From: Rubrobacter sp.
Lineage (GTDB): Bacteria; Actinomycetota; Rubrobacteria; Rubrobacterales; Rubrobacteraceae
Assembly: GCA_035715885.1 (NCBI GenBank)
Contig: DASTKM010000327.1
Location: forward strand, 1-35,731
Length of the DNA stretch: 35,731 nucleotides
Reading direction: 5' to 3'
Shown here: positions 17,454 to 27,712 of the stretch, piece by piece
Layout: the number at the start of each line of letters is the position of its first letter
Numbering within the stretch: the first letter of the stretch is position 1
Position numbers and translations under genes: made by a program
Notes under the pieces: model-generated
What the model was told of the DNA's origin: nothing
Databases searched by the model: none
Seen by the model: the letters and a program-made list of their open reading frames with translations, nothing else

Positions 17454-20400
17454 GAGATCTAAGCTGCTTTTCCTTACCACCGCCGACACCGAGATCCTGG
17501 CCGCCGCTAGAGCCTCGGAACGTCTGCCCGAAGGTTTCCCGATGCTCTTGTGCGCCAACCCTGTTGTCCTGGAAGACCCCGCGGCGTTCTTCGAGAGGGA
17601 GTTGCCTGGGGCCGGGGCGGTCCTCGTGCGGCTGCTCGGCGGACGGAAGGCTTGGCCAGAGGGACTCGAGGAGTTGCGGCGGCGGTGCGCGCGGCTTAGG
17701 GTTCCGCTGCTCGCCTTCGGCGGGGAGGCCGAGCCGGACGCACAGCTGACCGCACTCTCGACCGTTCCTTCGGGCACAGTGCTGGAGGCTTTCGAGTACC
17801 TGCGTTACGGCGGCGTCCGTAATACCGAGAACCTGCTCCGCTTCGTCGCCGACACCGTTCTCATGGAAGGCTACGGCTTCGAGCCTGCGTCGCCGCTGCC
17901 AGAGGTGGGTGTCTACCATCCGGGGTTGCCCGAGGGCTCTACGGGCGAAGAACTGCTCGCGCGGCACGATCCGGCGCGGCCTACAGTAGGAGTTATCTTC
18001 TACCGCGCGCACTGGATGAGCGGGAACACAGCCTTCGTGGATGCGCTCGTCGAGGCGCTGGAGGCCGCCGGGGCCGACGCCCTGCCTGTCTACTGCTACT
18101 CGTTGCGGGCAGGTCCTGACGGACAGGTACAAGGACTGGAGCTCCTGAAAGAAAGAGTAGATTGCCTCGTCACCACCGTCCTCGCCGGTGGTGGGTCCAA
18201 CGCGGCGGACGCCAGGAGATCCGGCTCTCCCCAGGAGTGGTTGGAGTGGGACGTCCCGGCACTCGAAGAGCTCGGAGTCCCCGTCATACAGGGCATCTGC
18301 ACGACCTCGACGCGGGAGGCCTGGCTCGCCTCGGACGCCGGCCTCTCCCCGCTCGACACAGCCTGGCAGGTGGCCATACCGGAGTTCGACGGGCGCAATA
18401 TCGGGGTCCCCTTCTCGTTCAAGGAACGCCTGGGCGAAGACTCGCCCGTCGGCGCCCCGCTCACCCTCTACAAAGCCGACCCCGAACGCACCGCCCGCCT
18501 GGCAGGACTCGCGGCGCGCTTCGCCAGACTCGGGCGTATCCCGAACTCGGAGAAGAAAGTCGCCGTGCTGCTCTCCAACTACCCGACCAAGCACTCGCGG
18601 GTAGGGAACGCCGTGGGACTGGATACCCCGGTAAGCGCCATCAAGTTGCTGGACGCAATGCGGGAGGCGGGCTATAAGGTGGAGGGTGCGCCAGAGAGAG
18701 GGGACGAACTCATCCACTCGCTCATCGGGGCTGGGGGCCATGATCTGGAGTTCCTGACCGGGGACCAGCTCGGGAACGCTGCCGGACGCCTGGATGCGAA
18801 ACGCTACGCGGAGTGGTTTGGCCGGCTGCCAGAGGAACTGCGGAGCGACGTCGAGGAGCACTGGGGGAGGCCGCCGGGGGATCTGTACGTTGATGGCGAC
18901 GAGTTCGTCGTGGCTGGGCTCTCTTTCGGAAACGTCTTCGTGGGCATCCAGCCGCCGAGGGGCTTCGGGGAGAACCCGATCGCCATCTACCACGATCCCG
19001 ACCTGCCGCCGACCCACCACTACCTCGCTGCCTACTGGTGGATGATCGAGGAGTTCGGCGCTGACGCGATAGTCCACCTCGGCAAGCATGGTACGCTGGA
19101 GTGGCTACCTGGCAAGTCTCTTGGCCTCTCGCCCTCATGCGCCCCCGATGCCGCCCTGCGCGACGTGCCGCTCTTCTATCCCTTTGTCGTCAACGACCCT
19201 GGCGAGGGGACGCAGGCCAAAAGGAGGGCGCACGCGACCGTCGTCGACCATCTGATCCCACCCATGACCCGCGCTGAGACATACGACGATCTGGCGAAGC
19301 TCGAGCAACTCCTGGACGAGTATTACCAGGTAGAGACGCTCGACCCCTCGAAGCTGCCAGCGATAAGGGTCATGATCTGGGAGACCCTCCGCAATGCGGA
19401 GCTCCACCGCGACCTCGGTGTCGAGGAGCAGCCCGAGGAGTTCTCCGATTTCCTCACCCACGTCGACGGATACCTTTGTGAGATCAAAGACCTCCCCATC
19501 AGGGGAGGCCTCCACATCCTCGGCCAGACACCTGATGGCGAGAGCCTGCGCCACCTCCTCGCCTCGATCCTACGCCTCGGCGCCGGTGAAGTACCTGGAT
19601 TGCGTCGCGCCGCAGGCGCCGCCTTCGGCCTCGACGAAAAGGTTCTTGCGGAGAACGGCGGCACGAAGGTCGAGGCTCCGCCCGGGCTCGTCGAGCGCTT
19701 CCCCGGTACAGTGGTAACGGCCTCCGATCTCCTCGACAGGCTGGAAGAGGCGCAGCAGGCTCTGCTCAGCGGGATGGAGGAGCGTGGCTGGGACGCTGGC
19801 TCTGCACGCGCGGTGTGCGAGAAGACTCTGGGCGTCGCCGACGCTGGCGTAGAGCGGTCTTTGCGCTTTGCGGCCGAGGAGGTAGTTCCGCGCCTGATGC
19901 GCACACCCGAAGAGATGGGGAACCTGCTCTCCGGTCTCGGGGGTGGTTACGTGTCTGCGGGACCTTCCGGTTCCCCGACGCGCGGCCTGATCAACGTGCT
20001 CCCGACAGGGCGCAACTTCTACTCGGTGGACCCGAAGGCGCTGCCGAGCGCGCTCTCGTGGGAAGTCGGACAGGGGCTCGCGGACGACCTGCTGCGGCGC
20101 TATCTCGAAGAAGAGGGCCGTTATCCGGAGACGGTCGGCATCGTGGTGTGGGGGACGGCGGCCATGAGAACCCAGGGCGACGACGTCTCGGAGATCCTGG
20201 CTCTGCTCGGCGTGCGACCCGTCTGGAACGAGGAGTCGCGGCGGGTCGTCGGGCTGGAGGTAATTCCACCAAGAGAGCTCAGACGACCAAGAGTAGACGC
20301 AACGGTCAGAATCAGCGGCTTCTTCAGGGACGCTTTTCCGAATTTGATCTCCCTCCTCGACGAAGCTTTCACCACCGTCGCCGAACTCGAGGAGCCCGAT

Positions 20401-21195
20401 CACATGAACTTCGTCAAAAAGCACGCGGGCGAGGAGAGGAGCCGGGGCGCCGACGAACGCCGCTCGACCACGCGCATTTTCGGATCCAAGCCAGGCGCCT
20501 ACGGCGCTGGACTTCTTCCGCTTATGGACGCCCGCAACTGGCGTACCGATGAGGACCTCGCCGAGGTCTACGCCGTCTGGGGAGGGTATGCCTATGGTCG
20601 TGGGTTAGACGGCGTCGAGGCGCGGGAGGCCATGGAGTCCAACCTGCGCAGGACGGAGGTCGCTGTAAAGAACGTAGACAACCGCGAGCACGACCTCTTC
20701 GACTCGGACGACTACTTTCAATACCACGGAGGTATGATCGCCGCCGTCCGCGCCCTTACGGGCAGCGACCCGAAAGCGTACATCGGAGACTCCGCAGACC
20801 CATCGAGAGTGAAGACGAGGGATCTCTCCGAGGAGGCCCGCCGCGTCTTCCGGAGCCGCGTCGCCAACCCGAAGTGGATAAGGGCCATGCAGCGCCACGG
20901 TTACAAGGGGGCCTTCGAGCTCTCGGCCACCGTGGACTACCTCTTCGGCTACGACGCCACAGCAGGCGTCGTCGAAGACTGGATGTACAGCGACGTAACC
21001 AGGAAATACGTCCTCGACCAGGAGGCAAGGGACTTCATGCAGCAGTCCAACCCCTGGGCGCTGCGCGCCATCTCGGAGCGCCTGCTCGAGGCGGCCCAAC
21101 GCGGCCTGTGGTCCGAACCGGACACCGAAGACCTTGAAGCTCTGAAACAGGTTTATCTGGAGAACGAGGGGATGCTAGAGGAAGGTATCTCATGA
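17440..21195 (+). CDS. cobN: Cobaltochelatase large subunit CobN
   Basis: LTTADTE, QVAIPEFDG, GNAVGLDTP, HLGKHGTLEWLPGK, GPSGSPTRG..VLPTGRNFYS, RISGFFRDAF, DDYFQYHGG. Confidence 0.96.
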   Translation: MPETSRSKLLFLTTADTEILAAARASERLPEGFPMLLCANPVVLEDPAAFFERELPGAGAVLVRLLGGRKAWPEGLEELRRRCARLRVPLLAFGGEAEPDAQLTALSTVPSGTVLEAFEYLRYGGVRNTENLLRFVADTVLMEGYGFEPASPLPEVGVYHPGLPEGSTGEELLARHDPARPTVGVIFYRAHWMSGNTAFVDALVEALEAAGADALPVYCYSLRAGPDGQVQGLELLKERVDCLVTTVLAGGGSNAADARRSGSPQEWLEWDVPALEELGVPVIQGICTTSTREAWLASDAGLSPLDTAWQVAIPEFDGRNIGVPFSFKERLGEDSPVGAPLTLYKADPERTARLAGLAARFARLGRIPNSEKKVAVLLSNYPTKHSRVGNAVGLDTPVSAIKLLDAMREAGYKVEGAPERGDELIHSLIGAGGHDLEFLTGDQLGNAAGRLDAKRYAEWFGRLPEELRSDVEEHWGRPPGDLYVDGDEFVVAGLSFGNVFVGIQPPRGFGENPIAIYHDPDLPPTHHYLAAYWWMIEEFGADAIVHLGKHGTLEWLPGKSLGLSPSCAPDAALRDVPLFYPFVVNDPGEGTQAKRRAHATVVDHLIPPMTRAETYDDLAKLEQLLDEYYQVETLDPSKLPAIRVMIWETLRNAELHRDLGVEEQPEEFSDFLTHVDGYLCEIKDLPIRGGLHILGQTPDGESLRHLLASILRLGAGEVPGLRRAAGAAFGLDEKVLAENGGTKVEAPPGLVERFPGTVVTASDLLDRLEEAQQALLSGMEERGWDAGSARAVCEKTLGVADAGVERSLRFAAEEVVPRLMRTPEEMGNLLSGLGGGYVSAGPSGSPTRGLINVLPTGRNFYSVDPKALPSALSWEVGQGLADDLLRRYLEEEGRYPETVGIVVWGTAAMRTQGDDVSEILALLGVRPVWNEESRRVVGLEVIPPRELRRPRVDATVRISGFFRDAFPNLISLLDEAFTTVAELEEPDHMNFVKKHAGEERSRGADERRSTTRIFGSKPGAYGAGLLPLMDARNWRTDEDLAEVYAVWGGYAYGRGLDGVEAREAMESNLRRTEVAVKNVDNREHDLFDSDDYFQYHGGMIAAVRALTGSDPKAYIGDSADPSRVKTRDLSEEARRVFRSRVANPKWIRAMQRHGYKGAFELSATVDYLFGYDATAGVVEDWMYSDVTRKYVLDQEARDFMQQSNPWALRAISERLLEAAQRGLWSEPDTEDLEALKQVYLENEGMLEEGIS

Positions 21196-23144
21196 ACGCG
21201 TACCTGCATCCCTATCCATTCTCGGCCATCGTGGGCCAGGACGATCTGAAACTGGCCCTGCTCGTGAACGCCGTCTCCCCTGAGGTAGGGGGCGTGCTCG
21301 TACGAGGCGAGAAGGGGACGGCGAAGTCCACGGCAGTACGGGCGCTGGCCAGCCTACTGCCCAGCATACGGGTCATCTCCGGCTGCCCATTTTCCTGCGA
21401 TCCGGAAGCCCCCAACCCGGAATGCCCGGCGGGACCACACCCGCTTGATGCCTCCGCCGAGACGAGGCCGGTGCGGCTCGTGGAGCTACCTGTGGGGGCG
21501 AGCACGGACCGTCTCGCCGGGACTCTGGACATCGAGAAGGCGCTCTCGGAGGGCAGAAAGGCGTTCGAGCCTGGGTTGCTGGCGGCGGCGCACAGGGGCA
21601 TCTTGTACGTGGACGAGGTGAACCTACTCTCCGACCACCTGGTGGATTTGCTCCTCGACGTAGCCGCTATGGGCGTAAACCACGTCGAGCGCGAGGGCGT
21701 GAGCGTGCGGCATCCCTCGCGCTTTATGCTGGTGGGCACTATGAACCCCGAGGAGGGCGAGCTCCGCCCGCAACTCCTCGACCGCTTCGGCATCACCGTC
21801 GAGGTCGCAGGGAGCCCAGACCCAGCTGACCGGGTCGAGGTCGTCAGGCGCAGACTACGCTACGAGACTGCCCCTCAGGAGTTCTCCGGAGAATGGTCGA
21901 GCGTGGACGCCAAGCTTGCGGCTTCCGTGGAATCGGCCCGTCTGCGCCTTCCCGGCGTCAGCCTGGACGAGGACATCTTGTTCAGGATCTCAACCCTCTG
22001 CGCGGAACTCGGCGTCGACGGCCTGCGTGGCGACCTCGTAACGGCGAAGACCGCGCGTACGCTGGCGGCCTGGGACGCCAGGAACGAAGTGGTCCTCGAC
22101 GACGTGAAGCGGGCAGCCCTGCTGGCCCTCTCGCACCGCCGCAGACGCGGCCCCTTCGAGCAGCCCGGCATGGACCCGGAGGACCTGGAGAACGTCCTCT
22201 CCGAAGACAGCCCCGACCCGCCGGACGACCCTGGCGGCGGTTCGATAAGGCCTGCCACGAGTGAGAATGACCGCGAGGTTTCTAGTAGCGTGCGGGATCC
22301 CGAACCCTCGGAGGCACACAAGGGAGCCGGAGAGCGGAGCCACGCAGCTTCGGAGCCTTTCGACCCTGTGCGGCTCGAGGTTACCGAGAAGGGCAAGGGA
22401 GGGCCTCTCGGGCGCAGGAGTCGGGTCTCGGGTGAGACCGGGCATCCTGTCGCGGATAGGGAGAACGGAGGGAGACCGAGGGACGTGGCGTTGGCGGCGA
22501 CGGTAAGGGCTGCGGCGCCGCACCAGAGGGCGCGGGGAGGAGAGGGATCTGGGATCGAGGTTCGTACCTGCGATCTGCGTCAGAACGTCCGAGAGGGGAG
22601 GGAGGGGAACCTGATCCTCTTCCTCGTCGACGCTAGCGGCTCGATGGCGGCCCGCAAACGCATGTCTGCCGTCAAGGGCGCCGTCCTCTCTCTCTTGAAC
22701 GACGCCTACCAGCGCCGCGATAAGGTGACCTTAATCTCTTTCCGTGGCAAAGGAGCCAGGATTCTTCTGCCCCCGACGTCGAGCGTCGGGCTGGCTACCT
22801 CGCGCCTGGAAGACCTTCCGACAGGAGGCCGCACGCCCCTGGCGGCCGGTATCGAGAAGGCCGCGGAGGTGCTGAAGAGGGAGGAACTGCGCGACAGGGA
22901 GCGCCGGCCTCTGCTGGTCCTGCTGACCGACGGAAGATCGACGGCGGGACCGGATCCGCAGGTGGCCGCTGCGCGCATGCGCTCCCTCGGGGCAACTTCG
23001 TTCGTTGTGGACACCGAGGAAGGCTACGTCAGGCTCGGGATGGCGGGCGAGCTGGCAGGGGCGATGGGGGCGCGGTGCCTGCGCCTCGAGGAATTACGAG
23101 CCGATTCGCTCGTGGAGCTCATCGAGAGGAGAAGGGTGGCGTGA
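21192..23144 (+). CDS. chlD: ChlI/ChlD-type chelatase subunit (AAA+ / acidic Pro linker / vWA), probable CobN partner
   Basis: YPFSAIVGQ, GEKGTAKST, LYVDEVNLL, MNPEEGELRPQLLDRF; vWA DASGSM, TGGRTPL, LTDGR. Confidence 0.9.
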   Translation: MNAYLHPYPFSAIVGQDDLKLALLVNAVSPEVGGVLVRGEKGTAKSTAVRALASLLPSIRVISGCPFSCDPEAPNPECPAGPHPLDASAETRPVRLVELPVGASTDRLAGTLDIEKALSEGRKAFEPGLLAAAHRGILYVDEVNLLSDHLVDLLLDVAAMGVNHVEREGVSVRHPSRFMLVGTMNPEEGELRPQLLDRFGITVEVAGSPDPADRVEVVRRRLRYETAPQEFSGEWSSVDAKLAASVESARLRLPGVSLDEDILFRISTLCAELGVDGLRGDLVTAKTARTLAAWDARNEVVLDDVKRAALLALSHRRRRGPFEQPGMDPEDLENVLSEDSPDPPDDPGGGSIRPATSENDREVSSSVRDPEPSEAHKGAGERSHAASEPFDPVRLEVTEKGKGGPLGRRSRVSGETGHPVADRENGGRPRDVALAATVRAAAPHQRARGGEGSGIEVRTCDLRQNVREGREGNLILFLVDASGSMAARKRMSAVKGAVLSLLNDAYQRRDKVTLISFRGKGARILLPPTSSVGLATSRLEDLPTGGRTPLAAGIEKAAEVLKREELRDRERRPLLVLLTDGRSTAGPDPQVAAARMRSLGATSFVVDTEEGYVRLGMAGELAGAMGARCLRLEELRADSLVELIERRRVA

Positions 23145-23713
23145 GCGAGACGAGGGAACCGAGAGAGCAGCGGCTGAGAAGGAGGTCGAACAGGGAGAGG
23201 CCTCTACTCATCGTCAACACAGGCCACGGCAAAGGCAAGTCCACGGCCTCCTTCGGCGTCATGCTCAGGGGCTGGGCCCGCGGCTACCGCATAGGGGTCT
23301 ACCAGTTCGTCAAGAGCGGCAAATGGAACGTCGGCGAACAGAAGGCCGCCGAGGCTCTGGGCAACATCGACTGGTTCAAACAGGGCGACGGATGGACGTG
23401 GACCGTAAAGGACCTGGAGCACTCCGCCGACCTGGCCCGCGAGGGGTGGGAGGAGGTCAAACGCCGTCTCGCAGACGAGACCTACGACATGCTGCTCCTC
23501 GACGAGTTCACCTACCCCATGAAGTTCGGCTGGGTGGATACCAGCGAGGTCGTTGAGGTTCTAAAGAACCGTCCCGGCTTCCAGCACGTCATCATCACAG
23601 GCCGCGACGCCCCGCCTGAACTGGTGGAGATCTCCGACCTGGTGAGCGAGGTAAATAAGGTCAAACACCCCTTCGACGAAGGCTATCGGGGCCAGAAAGG
23701 TATCGAGTGGTAG
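23141..23713 (+). CDS. cobO: Cob(I)yrinic acid a,c-diamide adenosyltransferase
   Basis: TGHGKGKST, QFVK, LLDE, ITGR, KHPF..G..GQKGIEW; GTG start overlapping the upstream stop. Confidence 0.95.
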   Translation: MSETREPREQRLRRRSNRERPLLIVNTGHGKGKSTASFGVMLRGWARGYRIGVYQFVKSGKWNVGEQKAAEALGNIDWFKQGDGWTWTVKDLEHSADLAREGWEEVKRRLADETYDMLLLDEFTYPMKFGWVDTSEVVEVLKNRPGFQHVIITGRDAPPELVEISDLVSEVNKVKHPFDEGYRGQKGIEW

Positions 23714-25068
23714 ACACCCCCCGCATAGTGGTCGCCGGTACCCACTCAGGGGTCGGCAAGACGACTATTGCTTCGGGACTCATGGCGGCGCTCTCGTTGG
23801 AGGGCTTTCGGGTCGCCCCCTTCAAGGTCGGCCCCGACTTTATAGACCTCTCGTACCACACCCTCGCCGCAGGCAGGCAGGGACGCAACCTCGACGCTTT
23901 CCTCTCCGGCCCCGACCTCATCGGCCCGCTCTTCGCCCACGGCGCACAGAGTGCCGACATAGCCGTGATCGAAGGCGTTATGGGCCTCTTCGACGGCAAA
24001 GGAGGCGGGGATCTCGCCTCCACAGCCCACGTCGCCAGACTGCTCCAGGCGCCCATCGTGCTCGTCGTCGACGCGAGAGCAATGGCCCGCTCCGCGGCCG
24101 CCATGGTCCATGGATATACGACTTTCGACCCAAAGGCGAGGGTTGCAGGCGTCGTCCTCAACCGCGTCGGCTCCAGGGTCCACGAGTCGATGCTCCGCGA
24201 AGCCCTGAGACCTCTCGGAATCCCCGTCCTCGGCGTCCTGCGCCGCGACGACGATATACAGACGCCAGACAGGCACCTCGGCCTCGTCCCCGTCGCCGAA
24301 CGCCGTGAGGAGGCCACTCGTTCGCTCCATGCCCTGGGAAAAGTGACCTCGCGTTCTCTAAACCTCGATGGCATTGTTAGACTTGCCCGTTCCGCAGGAC
24401 CTCTAGTAGTCGAGCCCTGGAGTCCTGAGTCTCCGGACCTGGATAGGTCCTGTGGCGTTCGCGTGGCGGTTGCGGCGGGACCTTCGTTCAGCTTCCTATA
24501 CCGCGAGAACCTGGAGCTGCTGGAGGGCGCGGGCGCTGAGGTCGTCACCTTCGACCCGACCACCGAGGAGGACCTGCCCGCTGGAACAGACGCTCTCTAC
24601 CTCGGTGGTGGGTTCCCCGAGACCTACGCAAAGGTCCTCTCCACGAACGGGCGGATGCGGGAGAGTGTTCGGGCCTTTGCAGCAGGCGGGCGCCCAGTGG
24701 TTGCCGAGTGCGGCGGGTTGTTGTACCTGGTGCGCGAGCTTGACGGGCATCGCATGTGCGGCGTGCTCGACGCAGAGGCCACGATGACGGACCGGCTCGC
24801 GCTCGGCTACAGGGAAGCCCGCGCGCTGGCGGACTCGCCGTTGGCCGAGCGGGGCGCCAACGTTCGCGGACACGAGTTCCACTACGCTGCGGTCGAGACG
24901 CGCGGCGAATCGAGGCCGGCCTGGGACCTGATCGGCCGCGGTAAGGAGGGCTTTGTGGCCGGTGGCGTGCACGCGAGCTTCCTGCACACCCACTGGGCAG
25001 CGGTGCCCGAGTTGCCGCGCAGGCTGGTGCTGGAGGCGTCGCTGAGCGCGACGGAGGTCGGAGTATGA
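23707..25068 (+). CDS. cobB: Cobyrinate/hydrogenobyrinate a,c-diamide synthase
   Basis: SGVGKTT, FKVGPDFID, EGVMGLFDG, RHLGL, GGGFPE, AECGG, GHEFHY. Confidence 0.95.
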   Translation: MVDTPRIVVAGTHSGVGKTTIASGLMAALSLEGFRVAPFKVGPDFIDLSYHTLAAGRQGRNLDAFLSGPDLIGPLFAHGAQSADIAVIEGVMGLFDGKGGGDLASTAHVARLLQAPIVLVVDARAMARSAAAMVHGYTTFDPKARVAGVVLNRVGSRVHESMLREALRPLGIPVLGVLRRDDDIQTPDRHLGLVPVAERREEATRSLHALGKVTSRSLNLDGIVRLARSAGPLVVEPWSPESPDLDRSCGVRVAVAAGPSFSFLYRENLELLEGAGAEVVTFDPTTEEDLPAGTDALYLGGGFPETYAKVLSTNGRMRESVRAFAAGGRPVVAECGGLLYLVRELDGHRMCGVLDAEATMTDRLALGYREARALADSPLAERGANVRGHEFHYAAVETRGESRPAWDLIGRGKEGFVAGGVHASFLHTHWAAVPELPRRLVLEASLSATEVGV

Positions 25069-25778
25069 GCGGGCGGCTCGTCGGGGTGGGGGTAGGGCCC
25101 GGCGACCCCGAACTGTTGACCGTCAAAGGTCTGGGCTTGCTGAGGGAGGCGGACGAGGTCTTCGTGCCCGTGGCTGACACAGGCGAGGTAGGGCGGGCCG
25201 AGGCCACGGTGCGCGAGTATCTGGACGAAAGGCGCATAAGACGCCTCCCCTTCGCACTCTCGGACGACGCGGAGGCCAGGGAACGTAACTGGACCAACGC
25301 GGCGCACAGAGTCTCCGAGCACCTGCGGAGCGGCAAGACGTGCGCGTTCGCTACTGTCGGAGACCCCAACGTCTATTCGACCTTCACCTACCTGGCACGT
25401 GCCGTTCAGGAGATCGAACCTGACGTTGAGGTAGAGACTGTGCCAGGGATCACGGCGTTGCAGGACCTGGCTTCGCGGAGTGGGACGGTACTCCTCGAAG
25501 GCGACGAGAGGCTTGCGCTGTTGCCTTTCACGGCAGGGGAGGAGCCTCTGAGGGAGGCGCTAGCCGGGTTCGAGACGGTGGTCTGCTACAAGGGTGGGAG
25601 CCGGCTCGGGGAGGTGCTCCGGGTCGCTGAAGAGGGGGGACGGCTGGAGGGCGCGGTGTACGGGGCACGGCTCGGGATCGAGGGCGAAGAGGTGGTGCCT
25701 GCGCTCGAGATGGTGGGGCGAGAGGGAACTTACCTGTCCACCGTGATCTTTAGCGGGAGGAGTTCGGAGTTTGGGTAA
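25065..25778 (+). CDS. cobI: Precorrin-2 C20-methyltransferase (CobI/CbiL)
   Basis: GVGVGPGDPELLTVKG, GDPNVYSTF.YL, VPGIT, YLST. Confidence 0.92.
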   Translation: MSGRLVGVGVGPGDPELLTVKGLGLLREADEVFVPVADTGEVGRAEATVREYLDERRIRRLPFALSDDAEARERNWTNAAHRVSEHLRSGKTCAFATVGDPNVYSTFTYLARAVQEIEPDVEVETVPGITALQDLASRSGTVLLEGDERLALLPFTAGEEPLREALAGFETVVCYKGGSRLGEVLRVAEEGGRLEGAVYGARLGIEGEEVVPALEMVGREGTYLSTVIFSGRSSEFG

Positions 25779-26559
25779 GGTGTGGTTTATCGGGGCTGGG
25801 CCTGGGGCGCCTGACCTATTGACGGTCAGGGGGGCCAGGCTCATCGGTGAGGCTGACGTGGTGGTCTGGGCCAGGAGCCTCGTTCAGGAGGGCGTCCTCC
25901 AATATACCCGACCTGGGGCCCAGATAGTCGAGTCGACGACCATACCGCTCGAAGACGTGCGCGGGCTCTACGAGCGGGCGGTGGATGAGGATTTGAGAGT
26001 GGCCAGGGTGCATTCGGGCGACCCCAGTCTGTACGGTGCTGTGATGGAGCAGATCGAGCTCTGCAACGAGATTGGCCTCGATTGGGAGATAGTGCCAGGC
26101 GTCTCGTCTCTAGGCGCCGCCGCGGCGGCCATCGGGCGCGAGCTGACCGTGCCCGAGGTCTCACAGTCTGTGATCCTGACTCGCCGTGCGAGCCGCACCC
26201 CGATGCCAGACGGCGAGGACATAAGGAGCTTCGCGGAGCACGGGACGACTATGGCGATCTTCCTCTCCGCCGCGAAGCCGCGCGTCCTGCAGCAGGATCT
26301 TCTGGAAGGCGGTTATGCCCCCGAGACCCCTTGCGCCGTTGTCTACAGGGCGAGCTGGCCCGACGAAGAAGTCATCGAGTGCCGCCTCGAAGACCTCGCC
26401 GACAGGGTGCGGGAGGCCGGCTTCACCAGGCAGGCGCTCATACTGGTCGGCCCAGGGCTCGGTGCCCAAGGGACGCGCTCTCATCTCTACAGCCCCGCGT
26501 TCTCGCACATGTTCCGCCGGGCGAAGCCTGCGGAGAAGGGAGCAGATGCCGCCACGTAA
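25771..26559 (+). CDS. cobM: Precorrin-4 C11-methyltransferase (CobM/CbiF)
   Basis: GAGPGAPDLLTVRG, RVHSGDPSLYGA..EQ, ELTVPEVSQSVILTR, RASWPDE, RSHLYS. Confidence 0.95.
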   Translation: MGKVWFIGAGPGAPDLLTVRGARLIGEADVVVWARSLVQEGVLQYTRPGAQIVESTTIPLEDVRGLYERAVDEDLRVARVHSGDPSLYGAVMEQIELCNEIGLDWEIVPGVSSLGAAAAAIGRELTVPEVSQSVILTRRASRTPMPDGEDIRSFAEHGTTMAIFLSAAKPRVLQQDLLEGGYAPETPCAVVYRASWPDEEVIECRLEDLADRVREAGFTRQALILVGPGLGAQGTRSHLYSPAFSHMFRRAKPAEKGADAAT

Positions 26560-27712
26560 GCTCCGCGAGCCTTCCATGCCCCCGAGCATGGAGAAGGTCA
26601 AGGGCCAGAAACTCAGGACAGGCTGGACCACAGGCACCTGCGCCGCTGCCGCAGCCAAGGCCGCGGCCAGCGCGCTGGCGAGCGGCCGGCCACAAACTCG
26701 CGTCGACGTGAAGCTGCCAGGGAAAGGCAGGGAGCGACGCGTGGAGTTCGATGTAGAGCGTTGTGATCTCGGTGGTTCCTGGGCCGAGGCCGTCGTCATC
26801 AAAGATGCCGGCGATGACCCCGACGTCACAGACGGCGCCCATCTCACAGCCCGCGTCTCGTGGCTGGAACGGCAGGGGCTCGAGCTGGACCGGGGTGATG
26901 GCGTCGGCAGCGTCACCAAACCTGGGCTCGGGCTCCCTGTCGGGGGACCTGCCATAAACGCCGTGCCGCGGCGAATGATCTCCTACTCCGTAGAGGAAGT
27001 CCTCGACCCGGACGAGCGCGGCGTCCGCGTCGTCATAAGCGTCCCCGGCGGCGAGAAGATGGCCGAGAAGACGACGAACGCCCGCCTCGGCATCGTCGGC
27101 GGCATCTCCATCCTCGGTACCACGGGCATCGTGCGCCCCTTCTCTACGGCGGCCTGGGCCGCGAGCGTGGTTCAGGCCATAGACGTCATGGGCGCGCAGG
27201 GTCACAAGACCTTCGTCCTCTCGACCGGAGGCCTCACCGAGAAGGCGGCGATGCGGCTCCTGCCCGACCTCGAAGAGGTGAACTTCGTAGAAGTCGGGGA
27301 CTTTACCGGGCAGGCCATAAAGAAGGCCGTGGAGAACGGACTGGAGCGCTGCTTCTTCGTCGGGATGGCGGGTAAGATCTCCAAACTCGCCGCCGGGGTC
27401 ATGATGACCCACTGGACCCGCTCGAAAGTGGATAACGATCTTCTGGCAAAGATAACCCTCGAGGCCGGCGGCTCGACCAACCTGGTAGAAGAGGTCAAAG
27501 GCGCCAATACGGCCCGTCACGCATACGAGCTCTGGCGGTCGGTGCACCTTGATAGAGGAGCTGACCTCCTCTGCCAACAGGCCGCGGAGAATCTCGCCGA
27601 GTACGCTGAAGGTAAGCTAGAGGTTCACGTCATCCTCGTCGACTTCGACACCCTCGAACCTGCGGGAGCCAGTCTCGGCGCCCTGACGCTGACGACGTGG
27701 GGCCCCACGTGA
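26546..27712 (+). CDS. cbiD: Cobalt-precorrin-5B C1-methyltransferase
   Basis: LRTGWTTGTCAAAAAKAA, KDAGDDPDVT, GVG.VTKPGL, NARLGIVGGISILGTTG; start inferred at ATG 26546. Confidence 0.95.
   Translation: MPPRKLREPSMPPSMEKVKGQKLRTGWTTGTCAAAAAKAAASALASGRPQTRVDVKLPGKGRERRVEFDVERCDLGGSWAEAVVIKDAGDDPDVTDGAHLTARVSWLERQGLELDRGDGVGSVTKPGLGLPVGGPAINAVPRRMISYSVEEVLDPDERGVRVVISVPGGEKMAEKTTNARLGIVGGISILGTTGIVRPFSTAAWAASVVQAIDVMGAQGHKTFVLSTGGLTEKAAMRLLPDLEEVNFVEVGDFTGQAIKKAVENGLERCFFVGMAGKISKLAAGVMMTHWTRSKVDNDLLAKITLEAGGSTNLVEEVKGANTARHAYELWRSVHLDRGADLLCQQAAENLAEYAEGKLEVHVILVDFDTLEPAGASLGALTLTTWGPT

Noticed and set aside
17338-19089. Long antisense ORFs (583 aa here, and others opposite cbiD, cobT, cbiX and the proteases)
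   Set aside because: Shadow frames of high-GC coding genes with no recognisable motifs.
22140-22400. Programmed frameshift in chlD generating a separate ChlI-like subunit
   Set aside because: The gene is uninterrupted and I see no A-run or other slippery sequence in the linker.
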